Positions 48,901-60,900 of a stretch of DNA of 64,000 nt are shown here, in pieces. The notes below the pieces were generated by a model. It ran no database searches. It had not been told where the DNA came from and was given only the letters and a program-made list of their open reading frames with translations. How positions within the stretch are numbered: position 1 is the first letter of the stretch; each line of letters opens with the position of its first letter. Origin of the DNA: Eledone cirrhosa (lineage: Eukaryota); NCBI GenBank assembly GCA_964016885.1, contig OZ024740.1, positions 145,762,001 through 145,826,000 of the forward strand. The letters run 5' to 3'. The position numbers and the translations under genes are program-made.

Positions 48901-51900
48901 GTAATTGCTGGCCTTGTGCCTAAAGTAGAAACAATTATTTATTCAGAGTAATCCAACTTATTTTACAAACGGGATTAAAAATATATTCTGGACACAGTCC
49001 CGCACTCCTTACTTTATTATAGTTTAGACTAGCAAGAATGGCCCGGCGTTGCTCGGGATTTGCTCTAGGGTTCTTATATATTTGATATATATTTATCCTT
49101 ATCGAGCCTCGTGAAATAAATACGTTTATATTTTGTTATTGTGTATGCAAAAATATCTGTACACGAATATATAATTATATATATATATATATATATATTA
49201 AAATAACAGATTAAAGTTTAAGCAAAGAATCGCTGCTTTCACCCTTAACGGGATATTCTGAAACTAAAGGGACCATAAGTACTACATGTGTAAAGTTTCA
49301 AAAACTCGGTTGGGTGGTCTCGAGTTTTAGTGATTGGACAGACAGACAGACATTCTCTGTTTTAGTAATATAGATAATAAACACTAGAACACAATTCAGT
49401 ACAAGTAATGAGTACACATCATATACAGTGGTTCACACACACACACATATGTATATGCATAGTGAAGGTGCATGGCTTAGTGGTTAGAACATTGGGCTTG
49501 CAATTGAAAGGTTGTGAATTCAATTTTTGGATCGGGTGATGTGTTGTTTCCTTGAGCAAGACACTTTATTTCATATTGCTCCAGTTTATTCAGCTGTAGA
49601 AATGAGATGATAGGACTGGGGTCCCTATCATTCCACTGCAAAGTGGTCATGGAGGTGCCACGGCAAAAAGCACCCAGCCTACACTGTAAAGTGGACGTGT
49701 AGGCGCCACAGAAAAAAAGCACTTAGCACTCACTGTAAATGAGGTTGGTGTTAGGAAGAGCATCCAGCTGTAGAAATCAAGCCAGAATCAGTGCTCGTAT
49801 GAGCAAGACAAGGTCAGCCAACTGGACACTGCCCACAACAGGACAACCGGTCTAACCCATGCTAGCGTGGAAGAACGGACGTAAAACAGTGATAATGATA
49901 TAGAGAGAGAGAAAGAGAAAGTAGTGCTGGTGCCACAATAGAAAGCACCTTGTCCACACTGTAAAGTGGCAGTGATGGTGTCGACCCTGTAAATGATTGG
50001 AATTAAGAAGGGCTTCCAGCCATAGAAACCAAGTACATGACCAAAATGTCACCTGACCAGTCATGCCTCAGTACATAACAACCCATCTAACCCTTGCAAG
50101 TATAGAAAATAGATGTTAAATGGTGAAGATAATAATGATGATGTACCTCTGGCAACTTGACATAAAACTAAGATATTACATGCACAGTAGTTGCTAGAAG
50201 CAGAGCACAAATTAAAGACTTCCAATTATTTAGTACATTAGAGGCCTCCCAAACAAAGGGTTGGGGAGATTCTTCAGTTGTGTCAAAGCCATGACAACCT
50301 CCCTAGCATTGGTGATCTACATGATAGATTCACCCAGTAAAGAAAGGGCATCCAGCCATAGAAAACCTGATATACAAAGGGTCAAGAGAACCCTTCAGCT
50401 ATGTTCAAGACAACATCCTCCCTGGTGCTAGTGTTGTGCTAAAATGCACTCGGTAGAGCGCAGGGTCATATGTAAGTGAGATATAGGCCCCTAGCTCATC
50501 TGAAAGCCCTGCTTGAATAATGACTGTCTGGGAAGAGCTGTTCAACCCCTGCTAGCAGGGAAAATGGATATTAAATGATGATGGTGATTAGATAACAGAG
50601 AAATTTAATGATTTTAAACGATTCTTTTTTTATTTGAATTTACTGTTCCATCCATTCTTATCAAGCTAGCCTAGATTTCATTTGTATTTCTACATGTTTT
50701 GTATATATATATCTTCATATTAATATAACTTTTTTGAATATGTATTTATGTTTATCATAAAAATTTTATATTTTAAAATCTCTTTTTCCAGGGATGTCTG
50801 GCGGATATATCTTGAACAAGGCAAATTTGACCAAGCTAAAGAATATTGTCGAGTAATAATGCTTTTTCATTATTTGAATGTCCTATTTTAAAATTAAGGC
50901 ATTATATTAACAAATCAAAAAGGTTGATAAAAGATGTATCAGTAATATACTGTGGTCAATGCAATTAATTATACTATTTATCATTAAAAAAATTAGATTT
51001 CTACTTAGAAGAAATCATTGCTTCTAGAAATCAGATAATGTTTCTGTTTCAGTTTACTGCATACTTATACTCATTAATTCTTACGATTCTGTACCTTACA
51101 AAACCACATTAGCAAGACATTCTTGAAAAATATAAAACAGCACTATAACTGCCTTTCATTAAAAATTAAATATCTTTAGTTTACTGCAAATTTTCACAAC
51201 AAACAATCTACTAGGAAAGGTAGTATAAACATTTGAATGAACAAGCTTGTTTTTAGATGTTTTCTGCTAAATCATTACAGGACAGTAAGAATTTAACAAG
51301 ATATATTTTTACTTGCTTCAGTCTGTTGAATGTTATTGTTAATTGAGTTCAAATCCCGCCGAGGTTGACTTTGCCTTTCATCCTTACGGGGTCGATAAAA
51401 TAAAGTACCAGTAATGCACTGGGTAATTACTGGCCTTGTGCCTAAAGTAGAAACAGTTATTGTTAAGTGAATATCAGTAAAAAGAGCCTCTTCTCTGACA
51501 ATTCATGCAATTCCAAAACTATCTAAATATAATGAAATAACAAAGATCAAAAAAATTATCTTATGTAGTATTTCAGATGTACTCATCACTGACACAGCAC
51601 ACTAACAATGTTCTTCTTATTTTAGGACAATAAAATGCAGTTAGATGAAGTAATGACAAAAGAAGCAGGCCATCTTTTTTCTTTAAAACGGTAAATTCTG
51701 ATTCAGTTACTATCAATTGATAGCATCATCGTCATCATTTTACATTCACTTTCCATGCTGACATTGATTGGATGGGTTGTTACAGTCCAATACCAGACAG
51801 GTTGGAGTGACCCATCTTGCTCATACATTCCATATTTGACACGGTTGATATGCCTAGATGTCCTTCCTTGTGCCAACCACCTTTCAGGGTGTATTAGGTG

Positions 51901-54900
51901 CATTTGTTTGTGGCACCATAACTACTAATTGATAGAGTGCATTGAAGCATTTTTTCATGACACCAACACGAACACCTTACAGGGTGTACTGTGTGCAATT
52001 TATCATGGCATCAGCACTATGAAGGTTGTTACATGCTCATCTTGACTGAAAGAGCCTCTCAAACTTTATACTATCTCCATTCAATTGCCAGTCATTCGCT
52101 ACATTTACTATTTGTGTCACAATGCTTATACAGGTGGACGGGGTTTTGTATTATGGCATATCACTTCTCCTTCATAAGGTTCAGTTTCTTGAAGTTATCT
52201 CCTTTGTGAGGCTCATTTAATAGCTCTTCATCCATACTTATACTGATCTGCAAAATTCGACTCCTTAATTTATTAATATACCAGATATGCAGAAATGTGG
52301 TCACAATACCTCTACTGGAACCTGGATACCATTTTAAATGGCTTCATTAATCTTACATTATATTAACACGAGAAGGAAGTGTAAGGTCTGTTATCCTGAG
52401 TCATCAGAAGTATTTGTGATAGAATTGAAAATAGAGCCATTGGATTGTCAGTGTTGGTAGAGTGTTAGACATGATGCTTTGCAGCATGGAGTAACAGCCG
52501 TTAACGTTCTGAGTTCCAAACCTGCCATGGTTAACTTTGCCTTGATAAAATAAGCACCAGTAATGCTCTAGGGTAATTGCTGGCCTTGTACCAAAAGTAG
52601 AAACAATTATTAGCACTTCTATGATGACAGGACCATTCCTGTTTTTGAGTGGTAGACTTAACCTGTCTTCCAGTTTAAAACACGACCACTTAACCTTTGG
52701 GTGCCTTTAGAGTCCACTTTGTTAAAATTCTTCAAGTCAGGCCTTTAGTCTGAGGATAACTTTCTCCTATCAGTCTCATTGCCCTCCCTCTTCTGAGTGA
52801 ACCATTTGAAATTTTAAAAACATTTGTTGTATTTCTGAGTTCCAGCCATGGGAACTCACATGGGCAACCAACAAAATTATCAATTTTACAGAGCTACCAC
52901 TTCTTAAAATGGGGTGTCATTTCAGCTTGTGCTATTTACTTATAGTGAAGTAAAGTGAACTGCTGAAAGTTAAGTGGGTTAGTTATCTTTGCTTCCCTAG
53001 TATTGCCAGGATCTATTAAGCTTAAATGTGAAATTGTTATATCTACTGCATTTTCATTTTGTTTCCTCCCAACTACTGGAAAATAAATTAACTGTCTGGA
53101 TTTGTAGAAATATATATTAAAGATATTTATAGGAAGGGCATCCAGCTGTAGAAAACCTGCCAATCCAAGAGTCTAAGGACTCTTCAACTATGTCAATGAC
53201 TTGATACCCTCCTTAGTGCTAGTGTCACAATAAAATGCATTCAATAGAGCATAGGAGTTCAGTAGTTCTGCTTGAGTACTAACTTGGTGAAGATACATCC
53301 AACTGTGCATCTATGAAGATACATCCAACCCTTGCTAGCAGAGAAGATAGACATTAGATAATGATGGGGATTCATTTTTATGAAATATGAGGGTCATCAT
53401 AATTTTCAGATAACATTTGTTTCCTTGATATTGTTAATTAGAAAACAGTCATTATTATTGAACATTATCATAATCTAGTTGACAAACAATATAGTTTTCA
53501 TCTTGGAGGCAGCACAGCCGATGGTGCTAAGTCAAAATCATTCAATGTGAGTGTTGGACTCCGTCAAAGGTGTATACTGTCAGCTCTCCTGTTCATAATT
53601 TTCATGGACAGGATTGACCTGCACAGCTGGGTTGGAAGTGGTATCAAGACTGGTGGGTTTAGGATCAATTGGCTGGAATTTGCAGATGACATGGTACTAC
53701 TTAACTCAGGAGAAAGTGATCTCCAATATGCACTTGATAGATTTGCTTCCAAGTACTGCATGGCAGATGGAGAAGTTCAAGTATCTCAGGGCTGTGTTCA
53801 TGAATGATGGAAGGCAAGAGAATGAATTAAGTGCAAGAATTGCAGGAGCTGGTGTAATAATGTGCCAGCTTCAGCATTCAGTCACCAGAAGAAGGGAGAT
53901 AAGTGTAAAAGCCAAACTTGTTATCTTCAATTCAGAATTTGTATCAACCCTTACCTATGGTCATGAATCTTGGGTAATGACTGAAAAAATACAATCATGA
54001 ATTAAAGAAGCCGAAATAGAGTTCTCCAACGAGTCTATGGAGTAACGTTATTCTTTAAAGTACATAGCTTGGAGATCAGCGAGTCACTCCAGGTAGAGCT
54101 AGGCTGGTCTCATTTGGGGATCCAGCCAGATCAATTGAAGAAGGTTGCTCTGACAGGGGTTGCTGGAAGGTGTGCTTGATGAGTCTGCCCCCATGGCTCT
54201 CCCAAGAATGATTGGGTCTGGGTGGAGAAGATGCATAAACAACATTTTATATATTCATACCTTGGTAACTTAAAACACAATAAGTAGAAGCAGAAAAGCC
54301 AAATAGATTAAGTATTAGCTACTTTTTTTAAAGTATTATCAAAGATTTATCTCTTATCTACTAAACAGGAACTAAATATTCACCCATAAAATCCTATTGG
54401 AATTTAGGGTATCCTTAGGAGAGTTTTGACCAGAAACTATTGAATTATATCTTATCACTAGCATATCCATTTTAAAACTCAATATTTGTTCCTACTTCTT
54501 GTCTAGATACAAAGAAAGTGCTGTCATGTACGCTAACACCCAAAGTTCTTTTGAGGAAATTGCATTAAGGTTTATTAATCTTGATGATAAAGAACCCTTA
54601 AAAGCTTTCCTTACACAGAAACTGAATAGTCTTAGGGTCCAGGTAAGTGTAAATTTGTTTTAGTTTTTTAACTGTGATAATAAGTTCTGTAGACTAGTTA
54701 GGAAATGATACTCTACAGAAGAAAAACATTTACATTTTTTTTATAAAATATATTAAACATATATGCTGGTGATAGATTGTTACTGATGATGTGAACAAAA
54801 TATATATTTTTTTTTATCTAAAAATTTCTAGATTTACATGACATACGTTTTAACTTTTTGAGGTTATTTTTATATTTAAGTTTGTTAATCTCATGGCAAA

Positions 54901-57900
54901 ATGGACATGAAAAATTATAACAATGGTCATATGATAGTGGTAATAAATGAGATTAAGAACATTTCAGTAGCTAAGAATATATTTCTTAAAGTAATGCCTT
55001 TCAAAATAGCTTATACCAACCTTTTTATAGATGGTCTATATTATCATGGAAAATTACTATCAAATTTAGCCTATATGATTTTTTTGATTCTTTTAATTGC
55101 ATTATAGTCTCAAATAATTTGTATTTAAACTTGTGTTTGTAGGACCGTACTCAGATGACAATGCTTGTTACATGGCTGACAGAAATTTACTTGAATCAAC
55201 TTGGGGAACTCAAAGAACAAAATGACGAGAAAGGTTCCCAATACTCTATTGTTCAAAAAGAGTTTTGCCAATTTCTAAACCAAAGTATTATTAAAGTAAA
55301 TAATTCTTTAATTATTATTGTGTATGTTATTTGGTGAAATATTTCATTCTTCCCCAAAAGCTTTTAATGGAGTTTCATAGTATTTTATTGTTTCTGTTTG
55401 GAATTAAAAATTATTTTCTGATTCCTATCAGCTATTGCACAATCATTAATAAAAAGATATTCAATTTATATAGATTATTAAGCTAAAGCTTAACTTGTTC
55501 TAATATAGAATTGGCAGTCATTAGAATGTTGGATTAAATGCTTTATGGTATATGTTGGGGTTCTCTGCGCTCTCAGACTCAGAAGCTCCCGCGTCTTGCG
55601 ACACATGAGGCAATCATAGTGTTCCATCGCGTTCGGTCAGCAGCCAGTTGCACAGCGTCCCTCCATTGTCTGTTTGTTGCTCGCAAGTCCCTCTCAACTG
55701 TCTGGCGCCAGTTCATTTTGGGTCGCCCTCTCCGTCTACTTCCCTGCGGGCTCCATTTTAGTACTTGGTTCGCCAGTCTCTCTGGGGTAAGTCTCAAAGC
55801 ATGTCCAAACCAGCCCAGGCGTCGCTTGCAGATGGTAGAAGAGACTAGCTGCTGGTTGGTGCGGTTCCTGACTTCCTGGTTTGTTACATGGTCACTCCAT
55901 TTAATCCCCAGGATCTTTCGCAGACACCTGGAATCGAATGCGTCCAACTTCTTCTCTTGGCTGGTCTTAAGGTGCCATGTTTCACTTCCGTACAAGAGTG
56001 TGGACAACACGTTGCTGTTGTAGAATCTCATCTTTGTTTTGAGGGTGAACTTCCTGCTCTTCCAGATCTTATCAAGCTGGTTAAATGCTGCTGAAGCCTT
56101 TCCCATTCTACATTGCAGTTCACTGTCCATGGTGCCCTCATTGTTAATGGAGCTTCCTAGGTAGGTGAAGTTGTCCACTATCTCCACCTCCCCCTGTTCA
56201 ATGAAGACACTGGTTGGTGGTGGATGTGTCCCAGATAACATGCTTTTGGTCTTCTTGGCACTGATATTGAGACCTAAGCTTCCTGCTTCGACATTCATAT
56301 TGTTCACAATGATTTGCAGGTCAGCTGTGCTCTCTGCAAGTGCAGCAATATCGTCCGCAAAGTCCAGGTCAGACAACTTTTGCTCTCCCACCCAAGATAT
56401 ACCTTGGTCTTTAGACGCTCTTCTTAGTACCCAGTCAATGGCTATGACAAAGAGAATTAGAGAGAGTGAGCAACCTTGACGCACGCCAGTAACCACCTCA
56501 AACCAGTCACTGTAACCATCCTCTGTCCGTCTGCAGCACTTGGAGTTTGCGTAAATCTGTTTGATTGCCAAAATGACTTTCTGGGGCAGACCATACTCAT
56601 GCATGATGCTCCAGAGCGACGGTCGATGAATGCTTTTGAGAAATCAATGAAGCTGATGGCGAGAGGCCTCTGGAATTCGTTCCTCTCAATGATGCGGTGT
56701 AGCGTAAAGATCTGCTCTGCACAGGAACGTTTTGGTCGGAACCCTGCCTGTTGTTCTCGCAGTTCCCGGTCTACCATGCCACGCATGCGGTTCAGGATCA
56801 CTAGACAATAGACCTTCCCTGGAATGGAGAGAAGTGTGACTCCCCTCCAGTTGTCACAATCGGCAAGGTTGCCGTTCTTGGGGATACAGACAACCGCTCC
56901 ATTTCTCCAGTCTTCTGGGACTTCACCCATGTTCCACACAAGAATACATAAGTGGCCCATCCACTTGACCATGCTTTCGCCTCCTGACTTCAGCATTTCA
57001 GCAGAAATGCCATCCATACCTGGTCACTTGTTATTCTTAAGGGTTTTGATGGCCATGCGGACTTCCTTCTCGGTGAAGTCATCAGTATTGATAGGTAACA
57101 AACTAGTAGGTTCCTTAGTGTCTGCTGGCATACGTGGCTCCGGTCGGTTGAGGACTTCCTTGAAATGTTCAGCCCATCTGTCTAACTTTTCTTCACCCTT
57201 GGAAAGCAGCGTACCATCTTTCGCTTTCACCGGGCCTGAGTTAGCTCTAGAACTGCCGGTAATTTTCTTGGCAATTTGGTACACAGAGCGCATGTCATTG
57301 CGTACCGCAGCTGCTTCTGCCTCCTCTGCCTTACTCTCAAGCCACATTCGTTTGTCCTTTTGGGCGCTGCGTTTCACCTCCTTGTCCTTCTCAACATACT
57401 GCTGATATACTCTGATGGCCTCTGGGGTAGTGGCATGCCTCTGCTGGTGTAGGGCTTTCCTTTCATTAATCAGCTGCCAGGTGTTGTCGCTGACCCAAGC
57501 TTCTCTGAGGGATTTCCTGTAGCCCAGGATTTCTTCCACTGCAGCTTCCATGGTCTTCTTCATTTCCTCCCACCAATTGACCGAGCCTGGTGCAGACTCC
57601 TCAAGGACAGAAAATCTGTTCCTCAAAGCAGCCTCGAACTGTGATTCTGTGTCGCCGTTCTTCAGCTTGGTAGTGTCAAAACGCCTTGTAATGGGTGCTT
57701 TCTTCTTCTGCTTCCTCAGTCTGATTTTAAGTTTGGTAACAGACAGATAGTGGTCACTGCAGACATCTGCACCTCGGTAGACTCGGACATCCTGCAGGCA
57801 AGGAGTTCTCCATCTTGGGCCAATTGCAATGAAACACAAGGTCAAATTTGCCTTTTATCTTTTTTGGATCAATAAACTACCAATCCTCCAGAGTGGTGGA

Positions 57901-60900
57901 TTGGCAGAATGTTAGAGCATTGGAGGAGATGCCTTATTGTATATCTCTTTCAGCTCCATATGTTCTGTGTTCAAATCCAAGAAACAGATCCATGAGGACC
58001 TGGTAGAAATGATGGTAGGATTTGAAAAGTGCTTAAGCAAGTCCCAAGTATTTCAGTTGATCACTGACAAGCAGGAGAGAACGCAAAGAGATGTTCAAGT
58101 GCTGTGCACTCTCTTACTTTCTTTTTCTTATCATCATTATCATTTAACATCTATTTTCCTATGGAAGCACATGGCTTAGTGGTTAGAGCATTGGGCTTGC
58201 AATCGAAAGGTTGTGAGTTCAATTCTCAGACCGGGTGATGTGTTGTTTCCTTGAGCAAGACACTTTATTTTACATTGCTCCAGTTTACTCAGCTGTAGAA
58301 GTGGTCGTGGAGGTGCCATGACAAAAAGCACCCAGCCTACACTGTAAAGTGGACGTGTAGGCGCCACAGAAAAAAAGCACCCTGCACTCACTGTAAATGA
58401 GGTTGGTGTTAGGAAGGGAATCCAGCTGTAGAAATCAAGCCAGAATCAGTTCCCGTCCCACCCTAGCAAGCAGGGAAAAGCAGACGTAAAATGATGATGA
58501 TATTTAAAAGCACCCAGTGCACGCTGTGAGGTGGTTGGTGATAGGAAGGACATCCAGTTGTAGAAATCTTCCCAAACAAAGGGTTGGGAGGACCCTCAGT
58601 TGTCTCAAAAGCATGATAACCTCTCCTGTGCACCAATTGAACATGAGACCATACTTAAGTGAGACACGGATCTCTGGCTTGCTTGGGAGATCGGTGGATC
58701 TGCTTCAGTTAGGATTTTATTTAGACCCATCCAACGCTAGCAGGGAAAGTGTAAGTTAAAACAATAATGATGATGATATATCTATATATATATATATATA
58801 ATTATCACCATTTAACATCAATTTTCTATGCTTGCCTGGGTTAAGCAGGTTGCCATGTACTGTGGCTAGATCATTCAGATGACCAGGTCTAACTTATATT
58901 TTCCATTTTTGATATGTTTTCTATGATTGGATGCTCTTCCTAATACCAGTCAATTTACAGTGTGTGTTGGGAACACTTTATTGTGGTGCTGGTACTACCA
59001 CCTTGCAAGGTGGAGTGAGTACTTTTTGTTGTGGCACCAACACTACCACCTTATTGGCTGCATTTTATCATAACACCAGCACTACCACTTTACAGAGTGG
59101 ACTGGGTTCTTTTCATTGTGGCACAGAGTGGGCCAAGTACATTTTATCATGGCACCAACACTACACTACTATATTTTCAGGAATGTGTATGTAACAACCG
59201 ACAAGTTATTTATGACCTGATTGCTAGTCATGGTGATGTTGAAGATTTGATGTACTTTGCCAGATTAATGAAAGGTAATTACTTAATTTTTTTTTTTTGT
59301 TTTTTTTGTTTTGTTAACATCAAAATAGTTTTTAATTCAAACATCCTTATCATCTTCATTATTTTCCACTATTTGTTCATACTTATATGAGTTCAATGGG
59401 TCTTCTTTAGAACAGCATTTCTCACTTGTTGTCATCATCATCATCATTTTTACGTCCACTGTTCCATTCTTGTATGAGTTGGATGGGTCCTACTCAGCAC
59501 AGCATCTCTCTGTCATCTCCTCTGCCAGTCTTAGTGATTTAAGATCAGCTCTCACAACCTCTGCCCAGGTCTTTCTTGGTCTACCTCTACTGCAGCTTCC
59601 CTCCACTGGGGTTTCCTGGCATTTCTTCACTCGTTGGTCATTGTCCATGCACATCACATGTCCACATCAACGCAGTCTTCTCTCCTGCACACCACCTTTG
59701 ATTCTTCTTAAACCTAGTTTCTACCTCAGTTCATCCACGCTCAGCCTTTCTCCACATTTACATTGCACATTCAATGAAACATAGTTGCTTCATTTCTCTC
59801 CAGTCTACACATAACTTCTGCGGTCACAGCTCATGTTTCACTATCATGCAGCATTGCGTACTGCACACAGGTATCATACAGCCTTCCTTTTGTACATAGG
59901 GGGAAACCTTTTGTTTTCAGCAGTGGGATCAGTTCTCTAAACTTCTTCCATCCTATCCATATTCTAGCTGTTATGCTCTTGGCACACCCTCCTCTGCTGC
60001 TAATTAGATTACCTAGATAGCAGAAGCTATCAGCTACATCTATGAATCTTTCCTGTGACTAGAAAAGGTTTATATCATTAGTAGTCTTCCTATCAATTTC
60101 TCCTGTGCATCTCTCATAATCTCTTTTCTGAGGTTTAGCCTCTTAAGATCATCTTTCATTACTTCTTCCCATGATTTTAGTCTTCCTCTTCCATAGACTC
60201 TTTTGACTTGGATTGCTTAGAACTTCTTTACCCAACTATCATCCTTCATATGAATCACATGTTTATACCAGTGCAGTCTTTTATCGTGCACACTACATCT
60301 GATTTTTCTTATTCCCAGTTTCTCTCTCATCTCATTTGTGTTCTGTTGTTCATTCATACTAACATTACACATCCAGCGTTTACACTCAATATCCATATCT
60401 GTACTCAATATCCATGTTTTGCTACCATAAAATAGTGCACTTTCTATACAAGCATCATGCAATCTGCCTGCTACTCTGAGAGAGAATCCTTTTATTGCCA
60501 GCGGAGGTAACAGCTCAGAACTTTTTACACGCTATTCTTATTCTGGCTACTATGCTTTCAGAACACACTGTTCAGCACCTGCCAATTAGTTTACCTAGGT
60601 AGCAAAATCTGTCAACTACTTCTGGGGAGCTTTTCAGATATTTGAAAGAATGGGAGCTCTTACTTCTACCTATACTTGTCATAGTTTAATATAGCAATTT
60701 GATACATAGATGTCTCATAGATTCATTAACTTATATTATTATGACAGTCACTTGATATTTACAGAAGTCATTAACCCTTTTGATATAAAACTACTCATTT
60801 TCCAATAATTATATTTAGATTAAATGCTTGCACCATAATTTTATTTTCTAAATTGTTGTTCTATCATTATCATCATCATCATCATCATCATCAGGTTTAG

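Noticed and set aside
49464-49540. tRNA genes (also 58163, 37893, 32150)
   Set aside because: A/B boxes are present but there is no complete cloverleaf, and each continues into a SINE body
58950-59165. CRISPR-like regular repeats (GTGGCACCAACACTACCAC...)
   Set aside because: Degenerate tandem units without unique spacers, part of SINE/LINE tails found throughout the window; no cas genes; eukaryotic intron
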